A stretch of 64,000 bases of DNA, from assembly GCA_965227515.1 (NCBI GenBank), contig CBDDFZ010000001.1, positions 1,472,001-1,536,000 on the forward strand. The letters run 5' to 3'. Shown here piece after piece: positions 42,497-50,892 of the stretch. Numbering within the stretch: the first letter of the stretch is position 1; each line of letters opens with the position of its first letter. The notes under the pieces are model-generated. The model searched no databases, was not told the DNA's origin, and saw nothing but the letters and a program-made list of their open reading frames with translations. A program made the position numbers and the translations under genes. The DNA comes from Alphaproteobacteria bacterium. GTDB lineage: Bacteria; Pseudomonadota; Alphaproteobacteria; CALKHQ01.

Positions 42497-42841
42497 ATGG
42501 CCAACGGATCGTCGAACAAGCTGAGTATCGTCGCCCTGGTGGTGGGCATTGCCGGGCTGGTCGTCGGCATCGTCGCGTGGTTCTCGGCCAGCGGCATGGT
42601 TGAGGACCTGCGCGAGGAGATGGTCCACGAGGTCATGCAGGTGCAGGGCGCGGCGGCGATCAACGCCCAGACCCTGGAGTCCCTGGAAGGCCACGAGATC
42701 GCGCGGCTGCAGGAGCGTCTGGCTTTCCTGGAGGCCGTGGTCGAGGGCACGCCCGCCGCGCTGGAACGATTCCTCGATCAATGGCCCGACGGCGACATGG
42801 CCGCTGAGGCGCAATATCGGATCAATAATTGGGAGGGTTGA
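42497..42841 (+). CDS. Small single-TM protein with coiled coil
   Basis: GGAGAGGGG RBS; TM helix; C-terminal LERFLDQWPDG..AAEA..RI helical motif. Confidence 0.75.
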   Translation: MANGSSNKLSIVALVVGIAGLVVGIVAWFSASGMVEDLREEMVHEVMQVQGAAAINAQTLESLEGHEIARLQERLAFLEAVVEGTPAALERFLDQWPDGDMAAEAQYRINNWEG

Positions 42842-42870
42842 GTCTGGCTGACGAAATTGCCACGACGGAA

Positions 42871-43584
42871 CTAGTCAATATTTTCAGGAGTGCACCAGTA
42901 AAGTGCAATGTATGGTGGAATGTTTTTTTGGCCTACGCCGCGCTCGGTTTCGCCCAAAGTCGGCCCCGCAAAATATCTCACGGCTGACGGATCGCCTTCA
43001 GGCTCATTCTCACCGTCCGAATATCCAATCACAAAACTTCTTGCATCGTCATCGCGGACAAAAGCAGTAGGGGGTAAGTGTTCAACGGAAATGATGTCGT
43101 ATTGTTGGCCGCCATGATCTATTTGAGGGCCAGAGAGGCCCTGAACAATATTATACACAGGCAGCAAGTAGCCGTCCTCATCCCGATTGTTGTGCGCCCC
43201 GGCGCCAACAACAACTCTACCGCCTGCGGCGCCATAGTAGGCCCAGCCCACGGGACAACTCAAACTCGCAAATGCCACGACCGCACCTTCGGGCAGCTCG
43301 AACGAACCTGTCGGACCTGGGGGGCCGTCCAGACCCTTCTCACCTCGCGGTCCTCGCAGTTCGTCGAGGTGTTGATCTAATAGAAAATCGGAGATTTCCT
43401 CGACGGTCGGAGAAATACCCGGGGGCCCCTGCGGGCCATCTTTTCCCTGAGGGCCTTCCGGTCCTTCTTGTATATTGCTAAGCCTATATTCAATCGACGC
43501 CACCCAAATACCAACGCCGATGAGCGTGCCCGCAATCGAGATAATTGTTCCTGCGCTGGATAGCCAAGTATGTCCGTTTGCCAT
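42871..43584 (-). CDS. Membrane-anchored collagen-repeat protein with tail-collar-like domain
   Basis: N-terminal TM; Gly-X-Y runs; LPEGAVVAF..CPVGW..GRVVVGAG..NIPPYIALYWC. Confidence 0.75.
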   Translation of the reverse strand: MANGHTWLSSAGTIISIAGTLIGVGIWVASIEYRLSNIQEGPEGPQGKDGPQGPPGISPTVEEISDFLLDQHLDELRGPRGEKGLDGPPGPTGSFELPEGAVVAFASLSCPVGWAYYGAAGGRVVVGAGAHNNRDEDGYLLPVYNIVQGLSGPQIDHGGQQYDIISVEHLPPTAFVRDDDARSFVIGYSDGENEPEGDPSAVRYFAGPTLGETERGVGQKNIPPYIALYWCTPENID

Positions 43585-43707
43585 TTCTTGTGTCCTGTCG
43601 CGAAATCAGCAATTCAATAATCATGACAACAATTCGACATCAGTTTCTTGGCGGATGTCAACTCTATTGGCTGAGGTGGATTGCCGAGTCGGTGGAGGGG
43701 CAGCTTC

Positions 43708-43743
43708 AAAAAAAGACCCCGGCAGCTTTCACCGCCGGGGTTT
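43708..43743 (-). terminator. Intrinsic terminator
   Basis: Minus strand ACCCCGGCGG-TGAAAG-CTGCCGGGGT then C and T7. Confidence 0.85.
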
Positions 43744-43900
43744 CTCCTGGAATTGCGCGGGGTCCGGCCCGTGGTGTTCGGAGGTTGCAGCCGCCCAGGG
43801 AGTTGGGACAATCCGAAGGGACCACGGGCCGGAAGCGCTTGACCGCCATGGTTTTGGTGTTGTGCGGCGGCCGCTGCCGCCCCATGCGCGGTTGTTGTTG

Positions 43901-43981
43901 CTATTGGTGCGCGGGGCGGCGGGTGTGGCGTCGGGAAAGGGAGCGACCAACCGACGCCGCGTGCGAAATCGCTGTTCTCAA
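43901..43981 (-). CDS. Candidate 26-aa small ORF (MRTAISHAASVGRSLSRRHTRRPAHQ)
   Basis: AAGGAGG 8 nt upstream of TTG; TAG stop. Confidence 0.3.
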   Translation of the reverse strand: MRTAISHAASVGRSLSRRHTRRPAHQ

Positions 43982-44031
43982 ATGGGCGGCCTCCTTCGTG
44001 GTTGACGTTTCTGCGTGGTCAAGACCGGGTC

Positions 44032-44116
44032 AAATACGGGGACAGTTTACTTAATTCACTTGCTCGCGCGGCTCGGTGCGGGTGCGCCACGAATTAAGTA
44101 AACTGTCCCCGTATTT
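44032..44116. repeat. Perfect 26-bp inverted repeat element (GGGGACAG/CTGTCCCC core)
   Basis: AAATACGGGGACAGTTTACTTAATTC ... GAATTAAGTAAACTGTCCCCGTATTT, 33-nt spacer. Confidence 0.9.
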
Positions 44117-44121
44117 ATTTC

Positions 44122-44940
44122 CTAGCGCCGGGTGACCACCACTTCCAGGTAAGGCGAGGGCACCACCATGGTCCCGTCCGATGCCTCGTTGTGGGCCGCG
44201 ATCAGGTCCAGCAGGTCGGTGGCGAGGCCCTGGCGGCCGGCGTCGTCCAGCGCGCCGAAAGCCTTGTGGGTCGGGCCGTAGAAGTCGCGGAAGATCTCCA
44301 GCCAGTGCTCGGGCGAGCGGTAGCGGAACACGAACGGCTTCTCGGTCGCCTGGATGTCGGCCGCATCTGCGCCGAACAGCTCCAGCAGGCGCGAGCGGGT
44401 GCCCCACAGCGCGGGCGATTGCAGGCCGGCCGGCGGCGGCACATAGCGGCCGATCACCTTGAAGAGCTGGCCGATGAAGCTGTCGGGCGTCCAGTTGGCG
44501 AGCCCGATCTTGCCGCCGGAGCGGCAGACCCGCAGCAGCTCGGCGGCGGCCTGGGCCTGGTTTGGCGCGAACATCACGCCGTAGGTGGAGGCGACCACGT
44601 CGAAGCTGGCGTCGGCGAACGGCAACGCCTCGGCGTCGGCGACCTTGAAGGTGACGTTCAGCTCGTCGGCCTCGGCGCGGGCCCGGCCGCGCTCCAGAAG
44701 GCTGCCGACATAGTCGGTGGAGACGACGTCGGTCCAGCGGCGGGCGGCGGCGAGGGTGAAGTTGCCGTTGCCGGCGGCGACGTCCAGCACCTGCTGGCCG
44801 GAGCGGAGGTCGAGCGCCTCGGCCAGGCTCTCGCCGACGATCTGCAAGGTGCAGCCGACGATGGCGTAGTTGCCGGAGGCCCAGGCCGCGTTCTGCTTGG
44901 CCTTGATCGCTGTGAAATCGGGTGCGCTGTCCAAAGGCAT
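44122..44940 (-). CDS. Class I SAM-dependent methyltransferase (UbiE-like)
   Basis: VLDVAAGNG, ADAEALPF..SFDVV, LRVCRSGG. Confidence 0.9.
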   Translation of the reverse strand: MPLDSAPDFTAIKAKQNAAWASGNYAIVGCTLQIVGESLAEALDLRSGQQVLDVAAGNGNFTLAAARRWTDVVSTDYVGSLLERGRARAEADELNVTFKVADAEALPFADASFDVVASTYGVMFAPNQAQAAAELLRVCRSGGKIGLANWTPDSFIGQLFKVIGRYVPPPAGLQSPALWGTRSRLLELFGADAADIQATEKPFVFRYRSPEHWLEIFRDFYGPTHKAFGALDDAGRQGLATDLLDLIAAHNEASDGTMVVPSPYLEVVVTRR

Positions 44941-45146
44941 CGGTGTTTCCTTTCGTCTCGTGTGGCCGGCGGGGTGCCGGTGTTGCCGGGTGCCGTTCGC
45001 GTTCCAGCGAGTGGCGTGCGGTGTGTGACAAGAGATATGGCCGATGCCGGATGGGGATGCTTGAAGGGAACTTGGGGAAAATCTGCATATTTCATGCGAA
45101 TCCATGCAGAATGGGTGAGTTCCGGGTTGCAGCCCAGGGATTCGAG

Positions 45147-46751
45147 ATGATCTACGCCTTCGGTGACTTCGAGCTGGACACCGACCGCTTCGAGTTGCGC
45201 CATCGCGATCAGGCGCGGAAGGTCGAGCCGAAAGTCTTTTCGCTGTTGGAACTGCTGCTGGCCAATGCCAGCCGGGTGGTGACCAAAGGCGAGATCAATC
45301 AGGCGGTCTGGGGCGGGCGCGTGGTGTCGGAGGCCGCCGTCTCCAGCGCTGTGAAGGCGGCGCGCCAGGCGATCGGCGACGATGGCAAGGCGCAGGCCTT
45401 CATCCGCACTGTGCATGGCCGGGGCTTCCGCTTCGTCGCCGAAGTCGATGCGCACGACACCGCGTTCGCGGAGCCGGCGGTGCCGGCCGCCGCCGCGGCC
45501 CTTTCCATCGTGCCGGAGGCGCCGGGCGGCCTCGCTGGCGATGCAGACCCGGCCAACCGGGAATCGCGTCCGTCCATCGCCGTGCTGCCACTGCAGGTCA
45601 CCACGCCCGACGAGCGCTTCGGCGGGCTCGGCGATGCCATCTCGCACGAGGTGATCGTCGAGCTGTCGCGCCTGCACTGGCTGTTCGTCATCGCCCGCGG
45701 CTCGTCGTTCCGGTTCCGCGAGCCGGCGGTCGACTTCGGCCAAGTCGGCCGGGTGCTGGGCGCGCGCTACGTGCTGACCGGCACCATCGCCTTTCTGGGC
45801 ACCACCAGCATCGTCACGGTGGAACTGACGAACACAACCGACGGCAAGCTGGTGTGGGCCGACCGGTTCGACTGCCCGGTGGACGAACTGCTGCAACTGC
45901 GCACCACCATTGCCGGCCACATCGTCACCGCCATCGAGACCCGGATCCAGATGGCCGAGGCCGCACACGCCGCGCGCCTGCCGACCGAGAGCCTGGATGC
46001 CTGGTCCGCCTATCATCGCGGGCTGTGGCACGTGTACCGCTTCAACAAGCACGACAACGAGATCGCGTCGCGCATGTTCGACCGCGCACTCAGCGCCGAC
46101 CCCAATTTCGCGCGTGCCCATGCCGGCCTGTCGTTCACGCACATGCAGAATGTGCTGGTCGGCTACACCGACGATGTCGAGCACCAGCGCGACCAGACCC
46201 GCCGGTTCGCCGAGCGCAGCCTGGAACTGGACCCGATGGACCCGTTCGTCAACCTGACGATGGGGCGTTCGGCCTGGATCGGCGGCGATTTTGCCGGTGC
46301 CATGCCGTGGCTGGACCGCAGCATCGACCTGTCCCCGAACTATGCCTTCGCCCATTACAATCGCGGGCTGTTGGACGCGTTGCTGGGCGCCGGAGAGCGC
46401 AGCGAGGAGGGCGTGGCCAAGGCGCTGGCGCTGAGCCCGATCGACCCGCTGAACTACGCCATGCTGGCGACCCGCGCGCTGTCGCATTTCGTGCGCGGGG
46501 ATTTCGAGACTGCCGCCGACTGGGGGGCACAGTCGGTCCGCGCGCCGAACGCGCACGTGCATATCCACGTGATCGCGGCGATCGTGCTTGGGTTGGCCGG
46601 CCGAGAGGACGAGGCGGCGGCACGGGTGGCGCATGTCCGCCGGGAAGCGCGCGACTTCAGTTTCCCCGACTTCGAACGGTCGTTCCGCTTCAAGGACGAC
46701 ACGACGCTGGAGCTGGCGCGGCGCACGTGGTCGGCCTTGGCGGACTCATAG
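45147..46751 (+). CDS. Winged-helix (CadC/OmpR-type) regulator with TolB-like and TPR domains
   Basis: FGDFELD, IRTVHGRGFRF, RPSIAVLP, TPR-like C-terminus. Confidence 0.9.
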   Translation: MIYAFGDFELDTDRFELRHRDQARKVEPKVFSLLELLLANASRVVTKGEINQAVWGGRVVSEAAVSSAVKAARQAIGDDGKAQAFIRTVHGRGFRFVAEVDAHDTAFAEPAVPAAAAALSIVPEAPGGLAGDADPANRESRPSIAVLPLQVTTPDERFGGLGDAISHEVIVELSRLHWLFVIARGSSFRFREPAVDFGQVGRVLGARYVLTGTIAFLGTTSIVTVELTNTTDGKLVWADRFDCPVDELLQLRTTIAGHIVTAIETRIQMAEAAHAARLPTESLDAWSAYHRGLWHVYRFNKHDNEIASRMFDRALSADPNFARAHAGLSFTHMQNVLVGYTDDVEHQRDQTRRFAERSLELDPMDPFVNLTMGRSAWIGGDFAGAMPWLDRSIDLSPNYAFAHYNRGLLDALLGAGERSEEGVAKALALSPIDPLNYAMLATRALSHFVRGDFETAADWGAQSVRAPNAHVHIHVIAAIVLGLAGREDEAAARVAHVRREARDFSFPDFERSFRFKDDTTLELARRTWSALADS

Positions 46752-46854
46752 AGCATCGGCGTAAGTCTGCGCTTGATTGAACCATCTCCCGCCCTGCTGC
46801 GACTGCCGAATAAGGCGACATTGTGTCAGCCGCAGGAAAGGGGAGAACCACATC

Positions 46855-47322
46855 ATGCGTACCGCCATTCACTGCCTTCGCACCCTCGATGTCCGCGCAC
46901 CTCTGCGCCTGACCGCGATTGCCGGGTTTGCCGCGCTTGCCCTTGCGCACGGCGCCCAGGCCGAGGATCGCACTCAACACGACATGCCGCGCGCGGCCAC
47001 CGCGTCCGTTCCGGTGATCACCGACCTTCAGGTCGTGCCGCACACCCTCCAAGAAACCGCGAGCCTGCCGAGCATGTCGGTGTCGCGCGGCAACGCTGGC
47101 CTGGACAGTCTGATCGACCAGGGCATGGGGCAATTCCCGACCCCGGTCGGGCAAACCGATCTGACGGCCGCCGATGCAGGCCCGCTTTTCGCCAAGACCG
47201 AGTACTTCTGCTCCAACGCCGAGGGCGAGTCCCTGCCGGCCAACGAGGATTCGATCTGTCCCGCCGGCTACATGAAGGTGTCGGTGACGACGTGCGAGGC
47301 CGACGAGCCGTGTGAACTCTGA
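46855..47322 (+). CDS. Secreted hypothetical protein with Cys-rich C-terminus
   Basis: GGGGAG RBS; signal peptide ending AQA-E; 4 C-terminal Cys. Confidence 0.65.
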   Translation: MRTAIHCLRTLDVRAPLRLTAIAGFAALALAHGAQAEDRTQHDMPRAATASVPVITDLQVVPHTLQETASLPSMSVSRGNAGLDSLIDQGMGQFPTPVGQTDLTAADAGPLFAKTEYFCSNAEGESLPANEDSICPAGYMKVSVTTCEADEPCEL

Positions 47323-47499
47323 TTGTCGCTTGCCGCTGCCAAATGACAGATGCCAGGGCGTGGGCGCAGGGCCCGCGCCCTGCAATGGCGCCGCCAAGCG
47401 CGATGGTGTAGCTTTTCCGATCAACAGGCCATGACAACAAGCCGCCTGCCGCGCGTCGCGCGAGGCGGTGCTAGGCCGGACTGATCGGGAGGAATAGCC

Positions 47500-48360
47500 A
47501 TGGACATCGGTGAGCTGGCCGCGAAATTCCGCAGCACCGGCTATGTGGTGGTCGACCCGTTCTTCGACGAAGCCGAGGTCGCGGCCCTGCAGGCCGGCAT
47601 GCAGGAACTGATGGATGCCGGCAAGCTGCACAACGTCGCCACGGACATGGACCGCACGACCAGGCGCGACGACAAGGTCAACCTGCAGATCTGCCCGCTG
47701 TCGTATCACCACAAGTTCTTTGCCGCGCTGCCGTTCCATCCGAAGGTGCGCGAACTGGTGCCGGCCCTGCTTGGCGGGCCGTCCTACAAGTTCCTGGACC
47801 AGATCGTCTACAAGCCCGGCCGCGTCGGCGCCGGCACCAACTGGCACCAGGACAACTACTATTTCGGCTGCGACGATCCCTTTGTCGGGCTGGGCCTGTG
47901 GATCGCGATCCACGATGCCAACCGCCAGAACGGCACGTTCCGGGTGCTGCCGGGCTATTTCGACCGTCGCGTCGAGCACGTGCCGGACCCGGAGAGCGAC
48001 CACCATTACCGCATGTACGCCGCCGACGATGACACGCCTGACGTGCTGGAGGTGAAGGCCGGCGGCGTGATCGCGTTCTGCTTCAACGTGCCCCATGGCA
48101 CCGCGCGCAACGAGACCGACACGGACCGGGCGGGGCTCGCCTATCACTTCATGCGCACCGGCCATGTCGGTGCGTGGGTCGACGAGGAGCTCAATCCGCA
48201 CGCCGAATTCCCGCTCTACGCGGCGGAGGGCAAGGTCGGGGCGCCGATCCTGTCCGGCCCCGCCTACAGCCACGGCCAGCAGGAATACGACTGCGACATG
48301 GAGCAGGTGCTGGCCGACGAGATCGCACGGCTGTCGCGTGCCGGCGCCGTCGCTGCGTGA
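47500..48360 (+). CDS. PhyH-family Fe(II)/2-oxoglutarate dioxygenase
   Basis: WHQD, WIAIHDA..NG, PHGT..N. Confidence 0.9.
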   Translation: MDIGELAAKFRSTGYVVVDPFFDEAEVAALQAGMQELMDAGKLHNVATDMDRTTRRDDKVNLQICPLSYHHKFFAALPFHPKVRELVPALLGGPSYKFLDQIVYKPGRVGAGTNWHQDNYYFGCDDPFVGLGLWIAIHDANRQNGTFRVLPGYFDRRVEHVPDPESDHHYRMYAADDDTPDVLEVKAGGVIAFCFNVPHGTARNETDTDRAGLAYHFMRTGHVGAWVDEELNPHAEFPLYAAEGKVGAPILSGPAYSHGQQEYDCDMEQVLADEIARLSRAGAVAA

Positions 48361-48375
48361 TCGGGGGGACATAGC

Positions 48376-49314
48376 ATGTCACTGGCTGCCGAAGTCGATA
48401 TCGACCACGTCCGCACGCACCTGAACCAGCACGGCTACGCGGTGATCGAAAACCTGATCGACCGCGATACGGTCAAGGACCTGAAGGGCCGGGTCGACCG
48501 CATGCTGGCCCATGAGCGCGAGCATCCCTACGACCCCGGCGACGGGCCAGCGCTGCCCAGCGACGACGGCTATTGCTCGGAGTACGGGCCGTTCGTCGCC
48601 GACCGGGAGGAGAGCGAGCGGGTGAAGAAGCGCATCCGGGCCGACCGGGCGCGCGAGTTCAACACGCCATGGCCGGTGCCGCCGGACCAGGTGTGCATCA
48701 GCTTCTTCCACCTGCCGTCCATCTTCGACGAGGGGCGCTCCCAGCGCATCTTCAACCTGGCCAATAAGGACGCCGCCTTCGCGCCGCTGATCGAGCACCC
48801 GGCGATCATGAACCTGGTCGATGCCGAACTGGGCCGCGACGCGGTGCTGCTGGACGTCAGCATCAACAATGTCGGTGCGCATACAGACAGCGGCGGCTGG
48901 CACTTGGACTCGCCGATATCGTTCATGGAGGAGCCGCTGCCCGACTTCACGCTGGCGATCCAGACGGTGTGGATGCTGGACGATTTCACTGAGGCCAACG
49001 GGTCGACCCACGTGGTCGCCGGAAGCCACCTGACCCGCAAGCGTGCGCCGGTGGGCAACGAGAAGATGGAGACCGAGGTGGTGCTGAAAGGTCCGGCCGG
49101 CAGCCTCGCGATCTGGCTGTCGCAGACCTGGCACCGCCATGGCGGCAACTGCACCGACACCGCGCGCACCGGCATGATCGTGCAGTATGGCCGCGCCTGG
49201 GTGAAGCCGTTCGTCGACCTGCGAACCCCGCTGACGCCGGAGTACGCCGCCAAGCTGTCGCCGCGCCTGCGCTACATGATGGGCTGCAACGCCAACGCCC
49301 CGGTCAGGGGGTAG
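48376..49314 (+). CDS. PhyH-family Fe(II)/2-oxoglutarate dioxygenase
   Basis: WHLD, WMLDDFTEANGST..GSH, WHRHGGN. Confidence 0.9.
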   Translation: MSLAAEVDIDHVRTHLNQHGYAVIENLIDRDTVKDLKGRVDRMLAHEREHPYDPGDGPALPSDDGYCSEYGPFVADREESERVKKRIRADRAREFNTPWPVPPDQVCISFFHLPSIFDEGRSQRIFNLANKDAAFAPLIEHPAIMNLVDAELGRDAVLLDVSINNVGAHTDSGGWHLDSPISFMEEPLPDFTLAIQTVWMLDDFTEANGSTHVVAGSHLTRKRAPVGNEKMETEVVLKGPAGSLAIWLSQTWHRHGGNCTDTARTGMIVQYGRAWVKPFVDLRTPLTPEYAAKLSPRLRYMMGCNANAPVRG

Positions 49315-49337
49315 TGGTCCGTGCAACGCACCTTCTT

Positions 49338-49421
49338 CGTAGCCCGGATGAAGTGAAACGAAATCCGGGGTTGTCGGCAGCCAAATGGCCCCGGATTGCG
49401 CTGCGCTCCATCCGGGCTACG
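49338..49421. repeat. GTAG-type REP doublet (family B) copy 1
   Basis: CGTAGCCCGGATG..ATCCGGGG / CCCCGGAT..CATCCGGGCTACG inverted pair. Confidence 0.85.
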
Positions 49422-49467
49422 TGCTCCGCGCCACACGTCTCGCAATGACGAACAGGAACAACGAAAC

Positions 49468-50469
49468 ATGAGCCTCGGCATTGGCGTCATCGGCGCCGGC
49501 ATCATGGGCGCCGATCACGCCCGCACCATCGCCACCAAGGTGGCCCGCGCCCACGTCGTCGCCGTGTGCGACCAGGATCAAGCCCGCGCCGACGCGTCGG
49601 TGGCCGAGATCGCCGGCGCGCGGGCGGAGACCGATGCCTACGCCGTGATCGGCGCCGCCGATGTCGACGCGGTGCTGGTCGCCTCGCCCGATGCCACGCA
49701 CGTCGACTACACGGTGGCCGCGATCAAGGCCGGCAAGCCGGTGATCTGCGAGAAGCCGCTCGGCCGCTCGGCCGAGGAGTGCCAGGCGGTGCTGGAGGCC
49801 GAGCAGGCCGGCGGCAAGCGCCTGGTGCAGGTCGGCTTCATGCGCCGCTTCGACCCGGCCTATGTCGACTTCAAGGACCGGATGCAAGACGGGCCGCTGG
49901 GCGCGCCGCTGATGCTGCACTGCGCCCACCGCAACAAGACGGTGCCGTCGTTCTTCAAGTCGCTGATGTCGATCACCAACTCCGCGGTGCATGAGTTCGA
50001 CATCATCCGCTGGCTGCTGGGCACCGAGATCGCGCGCATCCGCGTGTTCAAGAGCCGGTCGACACCGTCCAGCACCATGGACGACCCGTTGCTGGTGGTG
50101 GTGGAGATGAGCGACGGCCTGGTGGTCGACATCGAACTGTTCCTCAATTGCCAGTACGGCTACGACATCAAGACCGAGGCGCTGTGCGAGCACGGCACGC
50201 TGCAGATGCTGCCCGACGTGCAGTCGTCGATGCTACGCGAGGGCGCGCCGACCTATGCCTACGCGGCGGACTGGCGGCCGCGCTTCGCCGCCGCCTACAC
50301 CCGCCAAAACCAGGCCTGGGTCGATGGCATCGAACGCGGTGCGCAGGTCGGCTCCAGCGCGTGGGACGGGTACGTAGCGACCGCCGTCGCCGAGGCCGGC
50401 TGCCGCGCACTGGAGAGCGGTGAGGCAGTGGATGTGGCTTTGCCGCCAAGGCCGGCGTTCTACGACTGA
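49468..50469 (+). CDS. Gfo/Idh/MocA oxidoreductase (inositol 2-dehydrogenase-like)
   Basis: GVIGAGIMG, CEKPL, GFMRRFDP, HEFD, YGYDI. Confidence 0.88.
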   Translation: MSLGIGVIGAGIMGADHARTIATKVARAHVVAVCDQDQARADASVAEIAGARAETDAYAVIGAADVDAVLVASPDATHVDYTVAAIKAGKPVICEKPLGRSAEECQAVLEAEQAGGKRLVQVGFMRRFDPAYVDFKDRMQDGPLGAPLMLHCAHRNKTVPSFFKSLMSITNSAVHEFDIIRWLLGTEIARIRVFKSRSTPSSTMDDPLLVVVEMSDGLVVDIELFLNCQYGYDIKTEALCEHGTLQMLPDVQSSMLREGAPTYAYAADWRPRFAAAYTRQNQAWVDGIERGAQVGSSAWDGYVATAVAEAGCRALESGEAVDVALPPRPAFYD

Positions 50470-50488
50470 GGCCAGTGCGCGCAGAACC

Positions 50489-50572
50489 GTAGCCTGGGTG
50501 GAGCGAAGCGAAACCCGGGAATGATGGCGCGCCGCGATGTCCCCGGGTTCCATTTCATTCCACCCGGGCTAC
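50489..50572. repeat. GTAG-type REP doublet (family B) copy 2
   Basis: GTAGCCTGGGTGGAGCGAAGCGAAACCCGGG ... CCCGGGTT..CCACCCGGGCTAC. Confidence 0.85.
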
Positions 50573-50597
50573 AGGCTGGCTTGAAACTACACACAAA

Positions 50598-50714
50598 CGT
50601 CATCCTCGGGCTTGTCCCGAGGATCCACGAGAATGGCCGCTAAGGCGGCCAACAAGACGTGGATGCCCCCTCGGATCAGGTCCGAGGGCAGGCTCCACAA
50701 GTGCGGACATGACG
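50598..50714. repeat. Family A element copy 2 with extra nested hairpin
   Basis: CGTCATCCTCGGGCTTGTCCCGAGGATCCACG...CGTGGATG..CCCTCGGATCAGGTCCGAGGG..CATGACG. Confidence 0.85.
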
Positions 50715-50728
50715 GCGTAGGAATCCCA

Positions 50729-50867
50729 CCCTCACCCTCCCGTCCGGCTTTGCCGGCCGGGCCCCTCCCTCTCCCGAAATGGGAGAGGGTTTACACGCGC
50801 CACGCCACTTTCCCTCTCCCCGGCGTGGGAGAGGGAGGGGCCCAGCCGCAGGCTGGGAGGGTGAGGG
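50729..50867. repeat. CCCTCTCCC/GGGAGAGGG palindromic element (family C)
   Basis: CCCTCACCCTCCC...CCCTCTCCC..GGGAGAGGG twice...GGGAGGGTGAGGG. Confidence 0.8.
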
Positions 50868-50892
50868 GGACAATTGCGCCGGCCGCCCCGCC

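Larger units (their letters stand above)
43708..44005 (-). ncRNA. Candidate multi-hairpin sRNA / leader RNA
   Basis: Four consecutive stem-loops with CU-rich or CA-rich loops ending in terminator; no long credible ORF. Confidence 0.4.

Noticed and set aside
46855-46872. Secreted protein and the 43981 small ORF both begin MRTAI
   Set aside because: Five-residue match with different codons and no further similarity; probably coincidence
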